Below, piece after piece: positions 39,813 through 51,743 of a stretch of 64,000 nucleotides of DNA. The notes beneath the pieces are model-generated. The model saw only the letters and a program-made list of their open reading frames with translations. It did not search any database and was not told the DNA's origin. The position numbers and the translations under genes were made by a program. The DNA comes from Raja brachyura (lineage: Eukaryota). The stretch's first letter is position 1, and each line of letters begins with the position of its first letter. Where the stretch lies: assembly GCA_963514005.1 (NCBI GenBank), contig OY740792.1, forward strand, positions 34,658,001-34,722,000, given 5' to 3'.

Positions 39813-40149
39813 TTTTACTTCGGAGTCACGTGAGTGACTACGTGAAGAACCCCGTACAGCCGTTCGTGCGTCATTGCGTCAGACGTTTTTTGTGCAGACA
39901 GCTGTGGAGCAGCGCAGCTCCTCCATGGTAAGTCTAAAAAAGTTGCAGGTAAGTGCTATTTTTCTTACCTGTTCTAGGTCTCTGCAGGAACCTCCGGGGT
40001 TTCTGCAGTGGATGTTCGCGATAGCCGACAAGGGAACCAGCCGAGGGCTTTGGGGGGGGAAACCCTGGTCCGACCGCGGAAGCGGAGAGCTGGGAAAGTC
40101 GGGTTCGCGATCGGAGTCACTGATAACGCGGTCAGTGACTCCACAGGTT

Positions 40150-40666
40150 GGGTTCCCGGGTAGGGGAAACCCGAGAATAGTGCGGTTTTAGACCGCAGTA
40201 GTCCCTAGGGGATGGGGCTTAACGGACCTGAACGGTCTGCCTGGGTTCCCGGTGGAGGGGAAACCCGAGGATAAGTGCGGTTTTAGACCGCAGTAGTCCC
40301 CAGGGGATGGGGCTTAGCGGACCTGAACGGTCAGCCTGGGTTCCCGGGGAGGGGAAACCCAAGCATATGCGGTTCTAGACCGCAGTAGTCCCCAGCACAT
40401 GGGGTTAAAACTAACCTAAACGGTTAAGCTGGGTTCCCGGTGCAGGGGAAACCCAGGTATATGTGTGGTTCCCAGACCACAGTAGTCCCTAGGTAATGGG
40501 GTTAATTCACATAAATCATTAGCCTGCGTGCCATGAGGGTACCGTGAGTATCTATTTATATATATATATTATATTTATATGGATTCCTGGTGAGGGGAAA
40601 TTCACCTATGGGGTTCTCAAGCTACAGTAATCCCCAGGATATGGGGACAACTGACAAAATAGTCAG
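40150..40666. repeat. Tandem array of about 93-95-bp multi-hairpin units (4 good plus 1 diverged)
   Basis: Units start at 40150, 40243, 40338, 40431 and about 40581. Confidence 0.9.
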
Positions 40667-40714
40667 TACAATTGGGAAAGTTGGGAGATTTCACCTCTAG
40701 GAATTAATTTAGAG

Positions 40715-41243
40715 AGCAGCACTTTTGGGTAGGGCTGCTTCATGGGAATGTCAAGTTATGGCAGTGCCAGCCTATGGGAAAGGCTGTGTCAGCAGTACCT
40801 TTGTTTAGGACTGCTAATGGGGATGCCAAGCTATGGTAGGCTCGCCTGATGGAGAGGCTGTGCCAGCAGTACCTTTGCTCAGGACTGCTCATGGGGATGC
40901 CAAGCTATGGCAGGCTAGCCTATTGGAGAGGCTGTGCCAGCAGCACCTTTGCTCAGGGCTGCTCATGGGGATACCAAACTATGGCAGGCTAGCCTATTGC
41001 AGAGGCGGTGCCAGCAGTACCTTTGCTCAGGACTGCTCTAAGGGAATGCCAAGTTATGGTAGGCTAGCCTATTGGAGAGGTTATGCCAGCAGCACCTTTG
41101 CTCAGGGCTGCTTGATGAGAATGCCAAATCTATGGCAAATACTGGGCTATGGGAAAGTCCGGGCCAGCAGCTACTTTGTTCAGGGCTGCTTCATGGGCAC
41201 TAGGGGTACCTTGTTAGGGCTGCTTTATGGGGATAGCAGTTTA
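40715..41243. repeat. Tandem array of about 74-bp units (about 7 copies)
   Basis: cagcag anchors at 40790, 40864, 40938, 41012, 41087 and 41165. Confidence 0.9.
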
Positions 41244-44200
41244 GTAGGGTATTCCCATTCACAGTGATCATGGGGGATGAGGAGGCATTGTTAGGATAAG
41301 GCAATATAACAGAATGATGACAAAAGTATTCAAAGAAAACTATACACAGTTTAAACGTGCTTGTGCTAAAATCCGCTGTCTAGTCTCAAACTATATTTGA
41401 GAAATTGGGCTCCTCTATCCAGTTAGATTAAGTCCTATCAAATAGATTTGTAGGATGTTGGGATTTGCTTTTAGGTATTCAATTGGCCATGATGCCGGCC
41501 TGGGCAACAGATTGCAGTCAATAAGACTTTGGTAACAGTTGTTGGTATAAAACAGTTCTAGTCGTTGGACTAATTGTTAAGTGCATAGATGCAATTCAGG
41601 TGTGTAAGTAGTGCAACAATTATTTTGTTAAATGGTTGATTAGTAAGTGCCATCTAGGTCATTGTTAACACCAGCTGAAATTAATAATGTCACGATGATG
41701 GACAAACAGTGTTCATTACTGCTCTAGTAGTTGTTAGGTAAACCTTTTATTCTATTGCAAATTGGTGCTAATGGCCTAAATGGGAAATGGTGTCAGCAGA
41801 GCTGTGTAGCAGGCCTGCTTTATGGCTCCCTCATGTAAGAGGTGAGCATGTGGGATTGGTATAGTTTAACGCCGAGTCTGAGGGTATAGCCATAGAGCAT
41901 GCCCAAGAGATCGGGGCATGTGCCAGAGGTCTATGCCTGACAAGAAAGTTACCATCCCAAACACAATATGCAGTGAACACCGCTCTCAGGGGGACATTAC
42001 ATTTGGCTGCCGAATCCTCTATTCAGGTAAGACTTTTCCATAGGTGTAACCTGGAGGGTGAAGCACAAGCTATTGGAACAAGCAAGGTTTCATAGTTCTG
42101 GCAGCAATGCATCCCATGTCTTTTTTGGCAGTAGCGGTTCACTGAAGTTGCTGGCAGCATGAAAGCTGGCCAGAGGTTCCACGCACTGGACTTGTGCTAC
42201 TCTACAATTAAGGGACCACTTGCAGTTTGGTAAGGTGTATACTTAGTTATACAGTACAAATGATTGAGACATTATCAGCTACTTTGAACGGTAAATGTAA
42301 AATGTACAATATTGGGTTTCAAGCAGGTTAGAATTGCACAGGTTCAGTATAAGGACCAAGATTGTCTTGTTAGACTGGCTCGGAAATCGGGCCACAGTTG
42401 CTATTTAAGGTAGTTACCAAGTAGCTGAAAGATCATCTCGAGTTTGGAGATGGAACAGATTTGCATGACTTGCCCAAAAAGTTCTGTTATTAGTATCAAC
42501 TATTTATAGACTCTACGGGCATTGTATGGGCTATAGAGTGATTGGACAAATAAGCATATTGTCATGCTCATGTTCAGGTTGGTGCATTGTGATGATGGCA
42601 TATGTTAGTCACGAGGGTGCAATCGGTTAAAGAATCACTGGAATGGTTACATAATTTTGTTGCCACAGGAGAATCATCAAGTGTGGGTAATGGCAACACA
42701 GAGTTGGTGTTGAATCGCACTGTATTATGAAATTCTGGTTCAATGGAACACCTAATATGAATATATGTGTATACATATGTATGTTGGTTTCATGTTTATT
42801 TCACTGGTTGCAAAATAGTTGGCATAGCAGTGGCAAAAGATACATTCTCGCCAAAAAGGAGCAGGTGGGTCTTTTATGGCTACCTCCATTTTGTCTCATC
42901 ACTCGAGGTTTCAAATAAAGTCATTAAGAGGCTTTAAGTTCTTATTGTGTGATTATGCAAATTGATTCCCGATTTGTTGCAAATAATTATATAACCTTAT
43001 TGGTTATTTTAAACTTGAATTTGCTTGTTCAGCCTGAGGCTTCGGAAATCAGATGTTTCATGATAAACTCAAATTTATGTTCTGCAGGTCTAACAAACTG
43101 TCCTAAGGTTTGGGTTGTTACATCTATCCTTCTATGTGTTCAAAGAGTTTGCATAGCACCAAACGGCTATATTTTCTTTTCCAGGAGATGAAAGAGTTTG
43201 TTATGCTAATGTTCCATGAAAAATGGTATTGATTGCTAATGTTTCGAGTTCATGCTAAATGATTGTCTGTTAATTATAGAGTAATACGGCCATTAATTGG
43301 CTCAATGAGCTTCCTCATTGAATTGGCTGTAACGAACAAGACTCGCTGTCGGGTCCACACCGGTTATCAAGGGGTAGGATAGTTTCAACATAGGTCCCAG
43401 GACCAGTATAATGCCATATGCGATGTTGATATCTGTGAACACTATTTCACCAGGAGGCAGCAACTATATCCTTAAATTTGGCTGGAGTTTATTAGGTAGT
43501 TATCCTTCTGGCACTGGTTTAGTGCAGCAGGTTGTCGCAAAATAATTGTGATGGTACAGGATGATAATGTCTGTAAATTATAATATATAATATGTTATAA
43601 ATACTTGAGCAGACCAGAAGGGGGTCAGGTCTCAAAATAGTCACAGGCATACCAGGGGACCTTTGATAAGGTAAGCACACATGTATACAACAATATGTCA
43701 AGGTCATCAGGAGCTTTGGAGTTCTGAACTAGCAATGTTGTTAGTCACAAAGAATTTGGGAGAACGTATTGTTCATGGCATTCCAGATGAGGAAAACGGA
43801 GTTGTGTTATGCACTAATGGATTCTGTTTCCAGATCTCATTCCACCAGGGCTGCTACAACATCAGCAGCAAGGGTATTTATGTTCCGCTGGGTCGCATTG
43901 TTGCGGCTGGAGTATGGTCCATCGAATGAATCTCCACACATCTGTAATGACCCATTGGTGAACCAGGAGTATTGTTAACTCTATTTATGTTCTGGTTATA
44001 TGTTCCATCTGGGTGAGAGATGGAAATATTATTGTTTCATTTAAACAGCATCGGCATGTTTTACATCTATGTTATGACTGTATGCATTATGAATGTTTTC
44101 CCTTCATTTGTCAATGAAGCAGCTGTGGTTGTGTATCCTCGTTTCACACGGCATGAAATCACAGAGCTTTGAAGTCTTCACGTAGTCACTCACGTGACTC

Positions 44201-44624
44201 CGAAGTAAAATAGTAAGATTAAACGAGAACTTGCCAGTTTGAAGTTTGATCTTTATTTTATGAGGAGTCGAGTTGAGGGACTACGTGCCCTCTGCTCCCA
44301 GCCCTCATAGATTTCATCTGGTAGTTCTAGTCTTTATCTTACACTATACTTCGGTTTGCTGTGATTTCACACCGTTGCTTTGAAGATTGACGCACGAACG
44401 GCTGTACGGGGTTCTTCACGTAGTCCCTCAACTCGACTCCTCATAAAATAAAGATCAAACTTCAAACTGGCAAGTTCTCGTTTAATCTTACTATTTTATC
44501 ACAGTGTAATGAGTATGGAATAAACTGCCAGAGGAAGTGGTGCAGGCAGGTACAATTCCATAATTTAGAACAAATTAGGACAGATTCATGGAATTGAAAA
44601 ATTTAAGCCGTGTGCAGCCAAAGT

Positions 44625-45765
44625 AATTAGAAATGGGAATAGTACCGGAGGATTGGCGTACTGCGGAGTAGCAAGATGGATTCAACAGCGGCTGAATGGG
44701 AGATGCCAGAGAGTAATGGTGGATGGCTGTTTGTCAGGTTGGAAGCCGGTGACAAGTGGGGTGCCTCAGGGATCTGTGTTGGGTCCACTATTGTTTGTCA
44801 TGTACATCAATGATTTAGATGATGGGGTGGAAAATTGGATAAGTAAGTATGCAGATGATACTAAGATAGGTGGTGCTGTGGATAATGAAGTAGATTTTCA
44901 AAGTCTACAGAGAGATTTGGGACATTTGGAAGAGTGGGCTGAAAGATGGCAGATGGAGTTTAATGCTGATAAGTGTGAGGTGCTACATCTTGGCAGGATA
45001 AATCAAAATAGGCCGTACATGGTAAATGGTAGGGAATTGAGGAATGCTGTGGAACAGAGGGATCTAGGAATAACTGTGCATAATTCCCTGAAGGTGGAAT
45101 TGCATGTAGATAGGGTGGTAAAGAAAGCTTTTGGTGTGCTGGCCTTTATAAATCAGAGCATTGAATATAGGAGTAGGGAAGTAATGTTAAAATTGTACAA
45201 GGCATTGGTGAGACCAATTCTGGAGTATAGTGTACAATTTTGGTTGCCTAATTATAGGAAGGATGTCAACAAAATAGAGAGAGTACAGAGGAGATTTACT
45301 AGAATGTTGCCTGGGTTCCAGCAACTAAGTTACAGAGAAAGGTTGAACAAGTTAGGTCTTTATTCTTTGGAGCGCAGAAGGTTAAGGGGGGACTTGATTG
45401 AGGTCTTTAAAATGATGAAAGGGATAGACAGAGTTGACGTGGATAAGCTTTTCCCATTAATGGTAGGGAAGATTCAAACAAGAGGGCATGACATGAGAAT
45501 TAAGGGACAGAAGTTCAGGGGTAACATGAGGGGGAACTTCTTTACTCAGAGAGTGGTGGCTGTGTGGAATGATCTTCCAGCAGAAGTGGTGGAGGCAGGA
45601 TCGATTTTAACATTTAAAAGTAAAGTGGATAGGTATATAGACGGGAAGGGAATAGAGGGGTATGGTCTGAGTGCAGGTAGATGGGACTAGGGGAAAATAA
45701 ATGGTCGGCATGGACTGGAAGGGCCGAGGAGGCCTGTTTCCGTGCTGTAATTGTTATATGGTTAT
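44625..45765 (+). mobile_element. Young 5'-truncated CR1 with an open RT C-terminal frame
   Basis: Uninterrupted 345-aa ORF 44653-45690 ([27 protein letters not shown]) followed by 3' UTR and tail. Confidence 0.93.
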
Positions 45766-47360
45766 AAGTCGGACAAGCTCAGGAAGGCACTTCGCTCGGC
45801 CTGGATGTGTTGAGTTGAAGGCACATGTTTTTACTGCACTGTATAACTCTATGACTAGCTATTCCTTCCTTGATTATAGACTCCAGCATCTTATCAATGA
45901 CAGATATTAAGCTAATAGCCCTGAAGTTATCTGTTTTCTCTTCCTGAACAATGGAATCACATTTGTAGTTTTTAAAATTCGTTATATGCCCCAGTCTTTG
46001 ATTTACTTTGACCTCCTTTTTCAATCTTTCTCGTGGACTCCTTCTTTCTAACAGGAATAAATCTGCTGAGTGGTATGAACAAACTATTTAAATATCTGCA
46101 TTGCGCATCCAATATCACACCATTATAAATGTGTTTATTTGAGGACATTGGTTACACTCTTGGTTTCGCCCCCCAAACTGTATCCAGAATTCTAACTTAT
46201 TGTGATCACTCCCTCAGGGATCCTCAACCAAAACATCTTTCATTAATATTACGTCAGTAAACATGATATAATCTATAAAACAGCTTGTTCCTGGGTAGAA
46301 TCCATGACATACTGTTCTAGGAAATAACCCCAACACTCTACAAATTCCTTCTCAATACATTTACCAGTTTCAGTAGAGTCATGAAACAGGACCTTTGGCC
46401 CAACTTGCCCGCACCGGCCAACGTGTCCCAGATACACTAGTCCCACCTGCCCGCATTTGGTCCATATCATTCCAAACCTGTCCTGTCCATTAGTCATATA
46501 ATTATCGATAATAAAATCACCTATGTTTCTTTTTACATGCCATTGAAACTTTCCCTTATATGATTTGTCCTCTCAAGAATCCACACCATCCTATTCATTA
46601 ATTCCACCAAACCAATTCCATATCACCACCCAGTGAATTTATGTATTAATCACCACTGCTCTGAATCCTTCCTTGATTAACAAAGTTGTCTCACCTCCTT
46701 TGTCTTTTTACAAATCACAATGCATTATAGCCAAATGAAACTCATGGACTTCATCAACGTCACCACCAATTTTCATCCTGCACTCAAGTTTACTTGGACC
46801 ATCTCTGACATCTCCCTCCCTTTTCTTGATCTCACAGTCGGCATCACAAGAAATAGACTATTGACTGACGTCTATTACAAACCCACTGACTCCCACAACT
46901 ATCTTGACTACACTTCTTCCTGCAAAGACTCTATCCCCTACTCCCAATTCCTCTGTCAACGCCGCATCTGCACCCATGATGAGGTGTTCTATACTAGAAT
47001 ATCTGAGATGTCCTCATTGTTTAGGGAATGGGGGCTCATCTCTCCCATCATAAGCCCAAACCACCCCCTCCCCAGGTACCTTCCCCAGCAACCGCAGAAG
47101 ATGCAGCACCTGTCGCTATACCTCCTCCCTCGACTCTGTCCAGGGACCCCGACAGTCCTTTCAGGTTAGGCAGAGGTTCACTTGCACCTCCTCCAACCTC
47201 ATCTACTGTATCCGTTGTTCAAGATGTGGACGCGTACATCGGCGAGACCAAACGCAGACTGGGCGATCGTTTCGTGGAACACCCTCACTCAGCCCACGTG
47301 AACCAACCTGATCTCCCGGTTGCTGCACATTTTAATTCTCTTCCCACTCCTGCACATTCC

Positions 47361-48072
47361 TACAGTTGGGAAAAGGGGAAATACAACGGGATCTGGGGGT
47401 CCTTGTTCATCAGTCAATGAAAGTAAGCATGCAGGTGCAGCAGGCAGTGAAGAAAGCAAATGGCATGTTGGCCTTCATAACGAGTTGAATATAGGAGCAA
47501 AGAGGACCTTCTGCAGTTGTACAGGGCCGGAGTGAGACCACACTTGCAGTATTGTGTGCAGTTTTGGTCCCCCAATTTGAGGAAGGACATTCTTGCTATT
47601 CAGGGAGTGCAGCATAGGTTTACAAGGTTAGTTCCCGGGATGGCGGGACTGTCATATGCTGAGAGGATGGAGTGGCTGGGCTTGTTTACTCTGGAATTTA
47701 GGATGAGAGGGGATCTTATTGAAACATAGATTATTAAGGGTATGGACATGCTAGAGGCAGGAAAATGTTCCCGATGTTGGGGGAGTCCAGAACCAGGGGC
47801 CACAGTTTAAGAATAAGGAGTAAGCCATTTAGAACGGAGATGAGGAAACACTTTTTCACACAGAGAGTTGTGAGTCTGTGCCTCAGAGGGCGGTGGAGGC
47901 TGGTTCTCTGTATACTTTCAAGAGAGAGCTAGATAGAGCTCTTGAAGGTAGCGGAGTCAGGGTATATGGGGAGAAGGCAGGAATGGGGCACTGATTGAGC
48001 CATGATCATATTGAATGGCGGTTCTGGCTCGAAGGGCCGAATGGCCAAATCCTGCACCTATAGTCTATTGTC
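47361..48072 (+). mobile_element. CR1/HER1 3' fragment inside the PLE
   Basis: [19 protein letters not shown] peptide and CR1 3' UTR. Confidence 0.88.
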
Positions 48073-48374
48073 GGACCTTTCTGTCCTCAGTTTGCTCCAT
48101 TGTCAGAGTGAGGCTAAACGCAAATTGGAGGAACAGCATCTCATATTTTGCTTGGGCAGCAAATATTGATTTCTCTCACTTCAGGTAGCCCCAGCATTTC
48201 CTCTCTCTATCCCTCCCCCACGCAAGTCGCACCAGCTTCTCATTTTCGCCCTCCAAACAGCTTACAATGACCTATTTCCTATATCATCGTTACTTTTTTG
48301 CAAATCTTTCATTTATTGTTCTTTATCTCTTCACATTACCGTCTATATCTCTCGTTTCCTTATCTCGAACCAGT

Positions 48375-48402
48375 CTGAAGAAGGGTCTCGACCCGAAACG
48401 TC
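48375..48402 (+). ncRNA. Minimal type I hammerhead ribozyme core (PLE-associated)
   Basis: CTGAAGA-A-GGGT-CTCG-ACCC-GAAA-CGTC: intact core, stem II, ACGT palindrome and GUC cleavage triplet. Confidence 0.7.
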
Positions 48403-48581
48403 ACCCATTCTTTATCTCCAGAGATGCTGGAGTTATTCCAGCATTTTGGGTCTATCTTCGGTTTAAACTAGCATCTGTAGTGCCTGTTTACATAAACCCT
48501 AAATATTGTCAGGTATGTACCACTTTGTACATAGCTGAATCCTACAATCTGGTAAAGACAAAACAAGCTATATATAAATGA

Positions 48582-48765
48582 GCCTGTTGAAGGATAAATA
48601 TTGGCTGACGCACCAGATAAATTTCCGTGGTCTTTTTTGACTGTCATGGGACTTTTTAAGTAAGCATGCTTAGGATAGATGGAGTCTTGAATTCAACATC
48701 TTCTCCACACAAATGGTCTCATTGGGAATATAATCTTCCCTTACTGCATTGTAAGCCCAGCCATG
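48582..48765 (-). mobile_element. DeuSINE (SacSINE1/AmnSINE1-like) remnant
   Basis: gaaggataaatattggc...gtcatgggactttt...caacatct...tactgca resembles the Deu domain as recalled. Confidence 0.55.
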
Positions 48766-48799
48766 CAAGGCTCTAACTAACCTCATGTACTGTATTCAG

Positions 48800-49150
48800 T
48801 GCTCCCAAAATGGCCTCCTTTATATGGCCTCTCCTCCAGCGAGACCAAGTGTAGACCAGGAGACTGTTTAGCTGAATACTTGCGCTCAGTCTGCAAAGGC
48901 TTGTTGGATCTCCTGGTTGCTAACCATTTTAACTTCTTCCCATTTCGACAGTGACCCCTCTGTCCTGGGCCTCCTCCATTGCCAAAGTAAGGCTCCCGCA
49001 AACTGGAGGAACAATATTCATATTCCGTTTGGGTTGCTTACTACCCAACAGTATGATAATTGAATACTCCAATTTTAGGTTGCACCCCCTCCTTCCCCTT
49101 TCCCTCTCCTCTCTTCTCTTCCCTATGCCCCATTCAAGTGCACATCCATT
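48800..49150 (+). mobile_element. Penelope-like GIY-YIG fragment
   Basis: gagaccaagtgtagacc...ctgtcctgggcctcctccattgcc...ggaggaacaa, matching 59600-59820. Confidence 0.7.
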
Positions 49151-49525
49151 TCTCCCACTGTCGTATTGGAGAAGGGATTGGTAAATGGAAATAGCAGAGG
49201 GCTATTGGGCTGAATGGCCTCCATCTCTGCTATAACTTTTTAATGATTGTTTTCTTGCAATAGGACTTCCAGGAACTGTGTGGGTTTCGCCCGGTTACCT
49301 CCCACATGCCAAGAGTTGAGGGAGTTGCTTTGACATTGAACAACATGTCTCTTAGAGTGAGGTCCATTAAACAACACCAGTTGACACCAATGCTGCTCCT
49401 GAATTAAACATTCCAAATTGGAGCGTGCCCAACTTATAAAATTCTGTTTTTCTGCATTCCATCCTTGTTGAGGAGAAGCCAAAAAATCTAAACTGGAAGC
49501 AGCTACGACATTTATATGTCTTCTG

Positions 49526-50305
49526 GGTACCCGGACGTGGCGTTGAAGGAGTAGGCTCACCAATAGGCTGTGTCGCCTACAAGCCAACTCACCGAAAGGC
49601 TGCTCTGCCGAAAAGCCAAATAACGGACATGACGGGGGTGAATCACCCCGTGTGTAGGTCGGGGTCGGGGGGTGAATCACCCTGGTGTTGGGGTTGTGGT
49701 CCGATGGTGCTGCATTGTGATCAGTGACTCTCACTATGTCGGGCGGAGGGACCAGCCTGTCCCACACCTCTGCTCCACCCGACCCACAGCCTGTCACAGT
49801 GCGGCTGCACAGGGGAGACGAGGCGGAGGGCGGCCGTGGCTGTGGGAGAGTGGGGGCTGTCCCGAGGGATGCGCTCCTTCGGCCGCTTACAACTTAGTGC
49901 TCGGGTTCAGCGTGCCCAGTCACCTATGGCTTGTGTGGGGAAAATGGGAAAATGACCCCCACCCTCCCGTCTCCACCAGCCAGTGATGTGATGGACGCGG
50001 GGGTCTGGACCAATCGCTGACAAGTCCCGACTCCCCAGCAACGTCATGTCCGTTATTTGGCTTTTCAGCAGAGCGGTCTTTCGGTGAGTTGGCTTGTAGG
50101 CGCCGCAACCTTTCGGTGGAGTTACCATTACGGCAGAGCGGCCTTTCGGTGAGTTTGCTTTTAGGCGTCCCGCCCTTTTGGTTAGTTGGCGTTTCGCCTT
50201 TGTACACTTTTGGTTATTTCGCTTTTCGGCTTAGTGCCCGTTCGGTTAGTTGGCTTCCACTTCTTTGCTTCAGCTTCTCGTCCTTCGACGCCACGTCCAC
50301 ACACG
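49526..50305. mobile_element. Fold-back non-autonomous DNA transposon with 8-bp TSD
   Basis: TSD gtcttctg (49518-49525, 50306-50313); subterminal IR ggacgtggcgttgaagga/tccttcgacgccacgtcc; internal IR of about 77 bp. Confidence 0.82.
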
Positions 50306-51743
50306 GTCTTCTGTGTCTGATTGTATGTGAGAGCCACAGGAGGTGGAACATTTCCATGTTTGTGTGTTCACACCTCAGATGGTACTGCGTTTGACCCTTT
50401 GTGCAACAGTCACAAGTGCAGAAAGGCCTTTGAGGGCCTATCTTGTTATCTGGATGTGTAAGAAATTAGTTTACAGTGCCGTGAAGCCAATTTGCTTTTG
50501 TATATGACCATGGGACCATGAAGGGGTGGACTTGTCGGCTGCTGTGGGGCTGCAGGCATCACCTGTCAGGTAGACAAAAATGGGGTATTGATGCTTTGCA
50601 CTCAGACAGCTCCCTTTGCCAGTAAATACACCTTATGTAGATGTGAATGAAGAGCTGTGAGGGGCTGTTACTAAACACTTTTAACGAGGCTTGGAGGATG
50701 AATACTTATTCAGTGTTTTAAGACAAATAATAACACAATTTGATGTGACTTAACTCACTCGTAATGTAGTGAAATGGCTCAAGTTGCTTCGCAGGAATAT
50801 CATCAAATAGCGCTTTGTACAGGAACTAAACATACCAAGACAAGGTAGCGAATACATACGTTTTATGGAGGAAAGGTTTATGGAAGAAATTCCAGAAATG
50901 TAGATCTAGGCATCTGAAGGCATGGCCACCTTTGCTGGGATGCCACATCAAAACTTTGGCACTGGTCTAAGGATATGAAGAGTGAATATTTTAAATATCT
51001 TATAATGATACATGAGGCCATTTGGCCAATTGGGCTCATCCTGACTCCTGGGAGCAATCCCAACAGCCCCTGTTCCCCTATCCTTATTTTCCAATTCCTC
51101 TCAATTTACTCGGACATGCCCATCAACAATCCTTTTGTTTCCTTTTTATGGTTAACTTACTCTAAGGGCAATATCCAGCAGTCAACTAAGAGCAATGCAC
51201 AGCAGTCCACTAACCTCCCAGTTTTGTCGTTGGAGAAACTCTACACGTGCATGCCAGGGTCAAACCTGGGTGGTGGGAGATGTGAAGCATTGTCAGATGA
51301 GCCCACAGCGATGAACGGTGAACAGGATCTGATATAAGGGCAGGCACTAGGGACCTGAATGGCCTCAGATTGGCAGAGGGTTGTAGACAGGACCTTGGCC
51401 AGGACGCCACATCTGAAGCTAAGTAATGTAAAAAACAGGAATTTAGTTGGTAACTTTGGGCCTGTTGAGCTGTGGTCGTAGTATTGTGAGAATGTAAGCA
51501 GGCCGTTGGATGCAGCTTTGTGCCAGTTGTTCTCTGCTGCATTTTACTTGTAGGATTTATAGTCCGAGGTCACAAATCATTCACTTCCAGCTTGAGAAAA
51601 TCTCAGAACCTGCCCAGAAGCAGCTGTTACACTAGTATTAAATCAATTTCAACATTGCACAGCCAAATATCCTTGAAAATAGCATGGCGGATTGTTTCCG
51701 GAAATGAGAACCCTGAAATTTGTTTTGTATCTTTTATTTGCAG

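Larger units (their letters stand above)
39813..44497 (+). mobile_element. DIRS1-like tyrosine-recombinase retrotransposon, coding-dead
   Basis: ITR 39836-39873 is the reverse complement of 44388-44425; ICR 44175-44287 is complementary to both termini; TTTT at both ends; YR remnant SHSTRAATTSAA and VPLGRIVAAGVWS (43830-43925); MT-like LPPFCLI (about 42880). Confidence 0.93.
46730..48492 (+). mobile_element. Penelope-like element (RT C-terminus, GIY-YIG, terminal repeat) interrupted by a CR1
   Basis: FHPALKFT...LPFLDL...YKPTDSHNYLDY; YIGETKRRLGDRFVEH; terminal repeat with hammerhead at 48375. Confidence 0.9.

Noticed and set aside
40150-41243. CRISPR-like array
   Set aside because: Units are contiguous tandem repeats without unique spacers; no cas genes; eukaryotic context.
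40833-41267. 144-aa repetitive ORF
   Set aside because: By-product of the 74-bp array; the frame shifts with each unit.
49240-50394. Cluster of 70-185-aa ORFs
   Set aside because: They arise from the GC-rich fold-back transposon; no recognisable domains.
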